In this document: in pieces, positions 1-7,471 of the stretch
How positions within the stretch are numbered: position 1 is the first letter of the stretch
How the letters are laid out: each line of letters begins with the position of its first letter
NCBI GenBank assembly: GCA_963665125.2
Contig: CAXXUK010000002.1
Span: 416,001-480,000 of the forward strand
Length of the DNA stretch: 64,000 bases
Reading direction: 5' to 3'
Source of the DNA: an uncultured Desulfarculus sp.
GTDB lineage: Bacteria; Desulfobacterota; Desulfarculia; Desulfarculales; Desulfarculaceae
Translations under genes and position numbers: made by a program
The notes under the pieces: model-generated
What the model was told of the DNA's origin: nothing
Seen by the model: only the letters and a program-made list of their open reading frames with translations
Databases searched by the model: none

Positions 1-406
1 CTCATAACAATCTCCGCAAAAAATATCAACGTGGCCGGATGACGGCCATCTATCGGGCGTTCTTTTCCAACCCAGATAATGCCTCATCAATGTTGGGCAG
101 TCGAGCCGTATTTTTTTATGCGATTAGTTTCGGTAAATACTTTCAATTAAAGATTAGCGGCAGTTATTGCGTCGCAAGACTGTCACCATATTTTTTTCCA
201 CACCTGTGAACAGCAATGTTAATATGTAGCCTCTGGGCTACTGTTCCCTGGTTGGCTTACGGAATACCCGCATTTTGGGCATTCTTGCAGCAACAACATG
301 AAGATAATCAGCGGTAGGATCAGTCGGCCAAACCATCAAAACAGAAAAGACCGTCGCCGTATCAACAGGATAGGTGCATGGTTGGAATCAACGCCAGGTA
401 CGCACA

Positions 407-1912
407 ATGACAGAGACAATATCAATTGATCCAGTGACCAGGCTGGAAGGGCACTACGCCGTCAAGGTGGAACTGCAAGATGGCCGCGTATCCAGCGCCC
501 ACAGTTCCGGCGAGATGTTTCGAGGCTTTGAGACCATTCTCAAAGGCCGCAGCCCCATGGACGCCCAGCAGATAACCCAGCGCATCTGCGGCGTGTGCCC
601 CATATCCCACGGTACGGCGTCCATCCTGGCCCAGGACCAGGCCTACGGGGTGGAGCCGCCCAAGGGAGGCCGCCTGCTGCGCAACCTGATCCTGGGCGCC
701 AACTACATCCAATCGCACGTGGTCCATTTTTACCAGCTCAGCGCCTTGGACTTCATCGACGTCACGGCCGTACTGGGCTACGGCGGCTCGGACCCGGTGT
801 TGTTGCACATCAAAAAATGGATCGCCGGCCAGACTGCCAGCAAATCGGTCTTTCCGGCCGCGCCGTTTTTGCCCCGCCTGAAAGGCGACTACATCGCCGA
901 CACCGATCTAAACCTGGGCGGCCTGCGCCACTATGTCGACGCTCTAGGCGTCCGGGCCAAGGCCCACCAGATGGCCGCGTTGTTCGGCGGCAAGGTGCCC
1001 CATTCCACGGCCCTGGTGCCCGGCGGCGTGACCCAGCGCGTAACGGCGGACAACATAGCCGCCTATGGGGCCATGCTGCGGGATGTGCAGCAGTTTGTCG
1101 ACAATGTATATCTGCCCGATGTCGTGGCCGTGGCCCAGGCCTACCTGGGATACTTCGAGATCGGCAGGGGCTGCAACGAGTTTTTGGCCTACGGAGTGTT
1201 CCCCGAAGACAACGGCGAACCGATGCTGCCATCGGGCATTTTTTCCGGCGGATCGGTCAAGGCGTTCGATCATGAACTTATCACCGAAGACGTCCGGTAT
1301 TCGCTCTTTGATTCGCCCTCGGGTCTGAGGCCCGGCCAGGGCCAGACAAATGCCGCGCCGGACAAGGCCGGGGCCTATTCCTGGATCAAGGCCCCGCGCT
1401 ACGGCGGACGGCCCATGGAGGTGGGCCCCTTGGCCCGCCTGCTGGTGGCCCACGGCCAAGGCCATGCCGTGGTCAAACCCATGATAGATGGCCTGTTGGC
1501 CAAGCTGACTCTCGGCCCCGAGGCCCTGGTGTCGGTAATGGGACGCCACGCGGCCAGGGCCCTGGAATGCAAGATAGTGGCCGACCGTTGCGCGGGCTGG
1601 CTGGATGAACTGCGGCCGGGCATGGCCACCTTCAGCGACTTCCAGATCCCGGACAAGGCCCAGGGCATGGGCCTCACCGAGGCCCCCCGCGGCGCTCTGG
1701 GCCATTGGATCAATATCAGCGGCGGGCGCATCGGCGGGTATCAATGCGTGGTGCCCAGCACCTGGAACTGTTCGCCCAGGGACGACAAGGGGACGCCCGG
1801 TCCGGTGGAACAGGCCCTGGTGGGCACGCCCGTAGCCGACCTGGACAATCCCCTGGAAGCGGCAAGGGTGGTGCGTTCCTTCGATCCCTGCCTGGCCTGC
1901 GCCGTACATTAA
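407..1912 (+). CDS. [NiFe] hydrogenase large subunit, group 1a/[NiFeSe](HysA)-like but with Cys, no C-terminal cleavable extension
   Basis: IDPVTRLEGH, L1 motif QRICGVC, EAPRGALGHW, and L2 motif FDPCLACAVH followed directly by TAA. ATG at 407 chosen over the ORF-track GTG at 374 (AGGT upstream). Confidence 0.95.
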   Translation: MTETISIDPVTRLEGHYAVKVELQDGRVSSAHSSGEMFRGFETILKGRSPMDAQQITQRICGVCPISHGTASILAQDQAYGVEPPKGGRLLRNLILGANYIQSHVVHFYQLSALDFIDVTAVLGYGGSDPVLLHIKKWIAGQTASKSVFPAAPFLPRLKGDYIADTDLNLGGLRHYVDALGVRAKAHQMAALFGGKVPHSTALVPGGVTQRVTADNIAAYGAMLRDVQQFVDNVYLPDVVAVAQAYLGYFEIGRGCNEFLAYGVFPEDNGEPMLPSGIFSGGSVKAFDHELITEDVRYSLFDSPSGLRPGQGQTNAAPDKAGAYSWIKAPRYGGRPMEVGPLARLLVAHGQGHAVVKPMIDGLLAKLTLGPEALVSVMGRHAARALECKIVADRCAGWLDELRPGMATFSDFQIPDKAQGMGLTEAPRGALGHWINISGGRIGGYQCVVPSTWNCSPRDDKGTPGPVEQALVGTPVADLDNPLEAARVVRSFDPCLACAVH

Positions 1913-1930
1913 CAGCGTCGAGGAGTTGTC

Positions 1931-2860
1931 ATGAGTTTGTTCAGCAGAAGAGAATTCCTTAAGCTCGGCGCGCAGATGGCGGCCCTTTTGGGCGTCGGCG
2001 CGGCCATGGGCCCCAAGGCGGCCAGCGCCCTGGAGAGCATGGCCGCCGGTGAAGCGCCGGTGCTTTGGCTCCAGGGTCAGAGTTGCTCCGGCTGTTCGGT
2101 GTCGCTGTTGAATAGTGTGGCTCCCGATCCTTTGGACCTTTTGACCCGCTATATCAGCCTATGGTTCCACAGCACCCTATCGGCGGCCACCGGTCACCAG
2201 TGCATGGATCTGATAAATGACGGAATAGCCAAAGGAGGCTATTTTCTGGCCGTGGAAGGCTCCATTCCCCAGGGCATGCCAAAGGCCTGCGTTATCGGGC
2301 ATGAACCCATCACCGAGCAGGTTGCCCGCGCCGCCAAATCAGCCAAGGCCGTCGTCGCCGTGGGGGCCTGCGCGGCCTTTGGCGGCATACCGGCGGCCGA
2401 GGGCAACCCCACCGGCAGCGTCTCGGTGCCTGATTTCCTCAAGGAACAGGGCATAACTACCCCGGTTATCCGCCTGCCGGGCTGCCCGGTGCACCCGGAC
2501 TGGGTGGTGGGGACCCTGGTCCACGTGATCAAATTCGGCATGCCCGAACTGGATGCCATGGGCCGGCCCAAGGCCTTTTTCGGGCGCCTGGTACATGACC
2601 AGTGCCCCCGCTTTTCCGACTACGAGCGGGAAAACTTCGCCAAGACCTTTTCCGAAGACGGCTGCCTGTTCAAGCTGGGTTGCCTGGGGCCCATCACCCA
2701 TGCCGACTGCACCTTGCGCCAGTGGAACGGCGGCGTGAACACCTGCATCAGGGCCGGAGCTCCCTGCATAGGATGCGCTTCGGATAAATTCGCCAAGGCC
2801 AAGGACTTTCCATTTTACCGCAAGGGCGAGGCCAAGGCCCCCCAAGGAGGGCACAGTTGA
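1931..2860 (+). CDS. [NiFe] hydrogenase small subunit with Tat signal peptide
   Basis: SRREFLK twin-arginine motif; WLQGQSCSGC, GACAAFGG, PGCPVHP, HDQCPR, CLFKLGC, NTCIRAGAPCIGC; GAGGAG RBS; no C-terminal TM anchor. Confidence 0.95.
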   Translation: MSLFSRREFLKLGAQMAALLGVGAAMGPKAASALESMAAGEAPVLWLQGQSCSGCSVSLLNSVAPDPLDLLTRYISLWFHSTLSAATGHQCMDLINDGIAKGGYFLAVEGSIPQGMPKACVIGHEPITEQVARAAKSAKAVVAVGACAAFGGIPAAEGNPTGSVSVPDFLKEQGITTPVIRLPGCPVHPDWVVGTLVHVIKFGMPELDAMGRPKAFFGRLVHDQCPRFSDYERENFAKTFSEDGCLFKLGCLGPITHADCTLRQWNGGVNTCIRAGAPCIGCASDKFAKAKDFPFYRKGEAKAPQGGHS

Positions 2861-4446
2861 AAATTACAACCAAGTTAGTGCTTTACCTTGTGGCCGTGGT
2901 CCTGGTTACGGTCAGCGTTGTCCAGGCCGTGCAATACCGCCGGGCCCTGGGCCAAATCGACAAGCTGTCCCAGTCCCTGGTGGGCGTATTGCAGGATTGG
3001 GAAAAGCAGGGCGTGGAAAACGTCTTCATCAGCGTTGAGCGCTCGGTGGCCGGTTCGCTGGAACGCGGCGAGATGGACAAGTTTGAGCGAATACTTGAAG
3101 CTCAGCGCAACATCAATGGTTTGTTGGCATTTTCCCTGTATGACGCCAAGGGCAAGGTCCGATACAGTTCGGACCCCCAGGAAATAAACAAGACCCTGGT
3201 GGCGGAGGTGGCCCGGAAGGTTAACGGCGGCGGGCAACAGCTGTATCAGACCACGGAGCAGGTCGTGGAGATCATCGACCCCATTGTGGTCAAGCCGGAC
3301 TGCGTCCGTTGCCACACCACCTGGAAAACCGGCGATGTATGCGGCTTCAACGGGTTGAAATTTTCCCGCCAGGCCATTGCCTCGGCCAAGGCTCAAACAG
3401 TCAGCGCTGTTAACGATTTCAGCGGGAGCTGGTTGCTGTTGACCATAATCGCCGTTTCGGCCACGGTGGTCATCTTTGTGCTGGGTATGGCCTTAACAGT
3501 CAACCGGTTCGTGCGCAGTCCGCTACGGCGGGTCGTGGGCATGCTCAAAAAATACGACGTGGATCTGACCCTGGAAATGCCGGTTTTCTCCAAGGATGAA
3601 ATCGGCGAGATGGCCGGTCTGTTGAACGGATTCGTCAACAAGCTAAACGGCGTGGTTGGCAATGCCCAGCAGGCGGCGGAAGCGGTTGGAGACGGGGCCG
3701 ACAGCCAGGCCGCCACGGTGGAGCAAATATCGGCAACCATCGAGCAGATATCGGCCAACACCAAGGAAAACGCCGAAAACTCCAAAGCCGCCAGTCAAAT
3801 GATGTCCGAGGTGCGCGGCGGCGTGGAGCAGGCCGGTCAAACCATCGGCAAGTTGCACGAGGCCATGGGTGATCTGGATAGGGCCAGCCGCCAGGTGGCC
3901 GACATCATGGGCACCATAGACGGCATCGCCTTTCAGACCAACCTTCTGGCCCTCAACGCGGCCGTGGAGGCGGCAAGGGCGGGTGAAGCCGGGTCCGGAT
4001 TTGCCGTGGTGGCCGGCGAGGTGCGCAACCTGGCCCTGCGATCGGCCGAGGCGGCCAGAAACACCAACCAACTGATATCCGATACGCTCAGCCGCATCGA
4101 ACAGAGCGGCGCCATGGTCGACCAGGCCAGTGCAATGTTCGGCCAATTGCAAACCCGCATAACCAAGGCCAGCAATCTGGTCAACGAGATATCCGAGGCC
4201 AGCCAGGAGCAGGCCAAAGGTGTGTCCGAGACCAACAGCGCTCTGCACCAGATAGACGCCGCCACCCAGGGCAACGCGGCCCAGGCCAGGGAACTGACCG
4301 AGGTTATGAGCACCTTTGAAACCAGCTTCACCAAAAATGGCAACGCCGTCAACACTGCTCCACGGCAGGCAGCCCTTACCAGGCCGAAGGCGCGCCTTCT
4401 GCCCAAGGTTCAGCAAGACCAAAGCGAAGACTTCGAAGACTTTTAA
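2857..4446 (+). CDS. Methyl-accepting chemotaxis protein with periplasmic c-type heme (CxxCH) sensor domain
   Basis: TM1, periplasmic domain with CVRCH (3301-3315), TM2, HAMP (DEIGEMA), signalling hairpin IAFQTNLLALNAAVEAARAGE, C-terminal pentapeptide DFEDF. The TTG start overlaps the small-subunit TGA (TTGA), with AGGAGG upstream. Confidence 0.93.
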   Translation: MKITTKLVLYLVAVVLVTVSVVQAVQYRRALGQIDKLSQSLVGVLQDWEKQGVENVFISVERSVAGSLERGEMDKFERILEAQRNINGLLAFSLYDAKGKVRYSSDPQEINKTLVAEVARKVNGGGQQLYQTTEQVVEIIDPIVVKPDCVRCHTTWKTGDVCGFNGLKFSRQAIASAKAQTVSAVNDFSGSWLLLTIIAVSATVVIFVLGMALTVNRFVRSPLRRVVGMLKKYDVDLTLEMPVFSKDEIGEMAGLLNGFVNKLNGVVGNAQQAAEAVGDGADSQAATVEQISATIEQISANTKENAENSKAASQMMSEVRGGVEQAGQTIGKLHEAMGDLDRASRQVADIMGTIDGIAFQTNLLALNAAVEAARAGEAGSGFAVVAGEVRNLALRSAEAARNTNQLISDTLSRIEQSGAMVDQASAMFGQLQTRITKASNLVNEISEASQEQAKGVSETNSALHQIDAATQGNAAQARELTEVMSTFETSFTKNGNAVNTAPRQAALTRPKARLLPKVQQDQSEDFEDF

Positions 4447-4464
4447 TCTGGCTTGACAGCCATT

Positions 4465-4497
4465 AAAAAGGCCCGCACGGAGCGCTCCGTGCGGGCC
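4465..4497 (-). terminator. Intrinsic terminator between the convergent MCP and FDH genes
   Basis: Perfect 28-bp palindrome GGCCCGCACGGAGC/GCTCCGTGCGGGCC (4470-4497) preceded by AAAAA, which is the U-tract on the - strand. Confidence 0.8.
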
Positions 4498-4517
4498 GAT
4501 TATTTGGTGGTATTGCG

Positions 4518-7214
4518 CTACAACGCTTTTTCCATTTTCACCGCGCAGGCCTTGAACTCGGCGGTGTGGGATATCGGGTCGATTGCCGTGTTGGTCAGCC
4601 AGTTGGCGCAGCCCTCCCGGAAATGGAAAGCCATCCAGACCAGGCCCTGGGGCACCTCGGGGGTAATTCTGGCCCGGATCGTTACGCTGCCGCGCCGGGA
4701 ACTGAGCTTGACCTTGTCGCCTTGGCCAATGCCCAGGGCCTCGGCGTCGGCGGCCGAGATGTCGGCCGTTTCTTCGCCCAACAGATCGTTGAGTCCGCCG
4801 CAGCGGCCGGTCTGGGTCCGGGTGTGGTAGTGATAAAGCCTTCTGCCCGTGCTGAGTACCAGCGGGTATTCCGCGTCGGGCACCTCGGCGGGCGGGGTCC
4901 AGTCCAGGGCCACCAGGTTGCCTAGGCCGCAGGTGAACTTGCCCTCCAGATGCAGGCAAGGCGTGCCCTTGTGCTTGAGGTCGGGCACGGGCCATTGCAG
5001 GCCGTCTCCCTCGATTCGGCGGTACTTGATGCCGGCGAACGGCGGCGAGAGTTCCGAAACCTCGTTATCCCAGATGGCCTTGCCGCTGTTGGACTTCCAA
5101 TCCTGGCCCATGCGCCTGGCGATCTCCTTGAAGATCCACCAGTTGGGTTTGGCGTCTCCAGGCGGGTCCACGGCCTTGCGCACCCTGTTGACCCGGCGCT
5201 CGGAGTTGGTGAACGTGCCGTCGTCTTCGCTCCAGGCCGCGGCCGGGAAGACGACATCGGCAAAGCGGGTGGTCTCGGTGGGGAAGATGTCGTTGCAGAC
5301 CAGGAATTCGGCCGATTCCAGGCAGTGCTCCACGTGGCGGATGTCCGGCTCGGTGTTGGCGATGTTTTCGCCGAAAATATACAGGGCCTTGATATTGCCG
5401 TCGGCCAGGCCTTCGATCATGGCCGGGATCATCAGGCCGTTTTTATCGGGCAGGGAGTCCACGCCCCAGGCCTCGGCGAATTTCTTGTTGGAGGCCGGGT
5501 CGATGACCTTCTGGTAGCCGGGGTAGATATTGGGCAGCGCGCCCATGTCGCAGGCGCCCTGGACGTTGTTCTGGCCGCGGAGAGGGTTGACGCCGCCGCA
5601 CTCGAAACCCACGTTGCCCAGGAGCATCTGCAAATTGGCGGTGCTCATGACGTTGTTGACGCCACAGGTGTGCTCGGTGATGCCCAGGGTGTAGATGAGC
5701 ATGGCCGGTTTGACCGAGGCCAGGTCCCGGGCCACCTTGCGAATTACATCGGCGTCGATGCCGCTGATTTCGGCGGCCCGTTCGGGCGGGTATTCCATGA
5801 CCTTGGCCTTGAGCTCCTCAAAGCCCACGGTGCAGGAATCGACGTACTTCTTGTCGTATAGGTCCTCGGTGATCAATACGTGCATCAGGCCGTTGATCAA
5901 GGCCACGTCCGAGCCGACCTTGATCTGCATGTGCGTCTCGGCGTATTGGGCCAGGGCCGTGGCCCGGGGGTCGGCCAGGATCATCCGCGCTCCGTTGTTC
6001 ATGGCGTTCTTGACGAACGTGGCGGCAACGGGGTGAGCTTCGGTCATGTTGGAGCCGATGACAAAGAACATCTTGGCCTTGTCGAAATCGGCAAAAGAGT
6101 TGGTCATGGCGCCCGAGCCGAAAGACTGGGCCAGGCCCGCCACGGTGGGGGCGTGGCAGGTGCGGGCGCAATGGTCGATGTTGTTGGTGCCGATCACCGC
6201 CCTGAAGAGCTTCTGCATGTTGTAGGAGTCTTCGTTGATGCTGCGGGCGCAGCTGATGCCGGCCAGGGCGTCGGGGCCGTGCTGCTTTTTGATCTCCAGG
6301 AATTTGTTTGCCACCAGATCCAGGGCTTCGTCCCAGGAGGCCTCGCGGAATTTGCCCTTCTCCTTGATCAGAGGCGTGGTCAGGCGCTCGTCGCTGTGGA
6401 TGAAGTCGTAGCCGAAGCGGCCCTTGACGCACAGGCGGCCCCGGTTGGGCTGGGCGTCTTCCACGGCCGTGACCTTGACGATGCGGTTGTCCTTGACGTG
6501 GAGCAACTGCTGGCAGCCCACGCCGCAATAGGGGCAGGTGGTGCGGATCTTTTCCATTTGCCAGGGCCGTCCCATGCGCACGGCTTTTTTTTCGGTGAGC
6601 GCCCCGGTGGGGCAGACCTGCACGCACTGGCCGCAGAACACGCAGTCGCTGTCTTGGTAGGGCCGGTCTCCGGCGGTGACGATCTTGCTGGCCGCGCCGC
6701 GGTAGCCGTAGCCGATGGCCCGGTTGACCTGGACCTCGTTGCAGGCCTGCACGCAGCGTCCGCAGAGTATGCACTTGGCAAAGTCTCGGATGATCAGGGG
6801 GTTGTCGTCTTCCACAGCGTAGGATGTGGTGCGGCCCTCGAAACGCACCCGCTCCACCTGGTATTCATAGGCCAGCTTCTGGAGTTGGCAGGCGCCGTTG
6901 GCCTCGCAGACCAGGCAGTCGTGGTCGCCGCTGGCCAATAGCAGCTCAAGGTTGAGCTTGCGGGCGTAGTGCACTTTTTCGGTGTCGGTCTGGACCTCCA
7001 TGCCGTTATTGGCGGGCACGGTGCACGAGGCCATCAGGGATCTGGCACCGGCTACCTCCACCAGGCACATGCGGCAAGCCCCTGTGGGCGTGCAGCCGGG
7101 CAAATGGCAGAGCGTGGGGATTTCTATGCCGTTTTCGCGGGCCACTTCCAAGATCGTCTGTCCCGGTTGGAAAGTAAGCTCGCGTCCGTTAATGGTGAGC
7201 TTGGGCTTGGCCAT
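4518..7214 (-). CDS. fdhF: Cytoplasmic Mo/W-bis-PGD formate dehydrogenase alpha subunit, cysteine form, with N-terminal [2Fe-2S]/[4Fe-4S] module
   Basis: IPTLC..CRMCLVE, HDCLVC, CILCGRC, CVFCGQC, CPYCGVGC, NIDHCARTCHAPT (TGC at 6156-6158), LRGQNNVQGACDMG; no Tat signal. Confidence 0.95.
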   Translation of the reverse strand: MAKPKLTINGRELTFQPGQTILEVARENGIEIPTLCHLPGCTPTGACRMCLVEVAGARSLMASCTVPANNGMEVQTDTEKVHYARKLNLELLLASGDHDCLVCEANGACQLQKLAYEYQVERVRFEGRTTSYAVEDDNPLIIRDFAKCILCGRCVQACNEVQVNRAIGYGYRGAASKIVTAGDRPYQDSDCVFCGQCVQVCPTGALTEKKAVRMGRPWQMEKIRTTCPYCGVGCQQLLHVKDNRIVKVTAVEDAQPNRGRLCVKGRFGYDFIHSDERLTTPLIKEKGKFREASWDEALDLVANKFLEIKKQHGPDALAGISCARSINEDSYNMQKLFRAVIGTNNIDHCARTCHAPTVAGLAQSFGSGAMTNSFADFDKAKMFFVIGSNMTEAHPVAATFVKNAMNNGARMILADPRATALAQYAETHMQIKVGSDVALINGLMHVLITEDLYDKKYVDSCTVGFEELKAKVMEYPPERAAEISGIDADVIRKVARDLASVKPAMLIYTLGITEHTCGVNNVMSTANLQMLLGNVGFECGGVNPLRGQNNVQGACDMGALPNIYPGYQKVIDPASNKKFAEAWGVDSLPDKNGLMIPAMIEGLADGNIKALYIFGENIANTEPDIRHVEHCLESAEFLVCNDIFPTETTRFADVVFPAAAWSEDDGTFTNSERRVNRVRKAVDPPGDAKPNWWIFKEIARRMGQDWKSNSGKAIWDNEVSELSPPFAGIKYRRIEGDGLQWPVPDLKHKGTPCLHLEGKFTCGLGNLVALDWTPPAEVPDAEYPLVLSTGRRLYHYHTRTQTGRCGGLNDLLGEETADISAADAEALGIGQGDKVKLSSRRGSVTIRARITPEVPQGLVWMAFHFREGCANWLTNTAIDPISHTAEFKACAVKMEKAL

Positions 7215-7286
7215 CGCTATCTCCGGACGTGATTAATATAGAATATTGATATTTATAAAATCTATTGGTACCGATAATATTAACCG

Positions 7287-7306
7287 ATATGTCATCCGGG
7301 ACATAT
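7287..7306. promoter_or_regulatory. Palindromic operator upstream of the Cys-FDH
   Basis: ATATGTC-N6-GACATAT; a near-identical site lies upstream of the Sec-FDH. Confidence 0.6.
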
Positions 7307-7414
7307 AGCACAAAAACAGCGTCCTTTAAAGCCATGATTTGAAATACTTCTGTAAGAGTCAGGTGTATTTGGGGCGTGGTCTGACGGATAGATTCTCAAC
7401 CAGCGTAAAGGACG

Positions 7415-7445
7415 AAAAAAACCGGCCGGAGGTGATCCGGCCGGT
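7415..7445 (-). terminator. Intrinsic terminator after the Sec-FDH
   Basis: ACCGGCCGGA-GGTGA-TCCGGCCGGT hairpin with an adjacent A-run (U-tract on the - strand). Confidence 0.85.
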
Positions 7446-7471
7446 GAATGATATGTTTTATTTAACCTAGG

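Noticed and set aside
1880..1912. Selenocysteine in the hydrogenase large subunit
   Set aside because: The codons are TGC CTG GCC TGC; there is no TGA.
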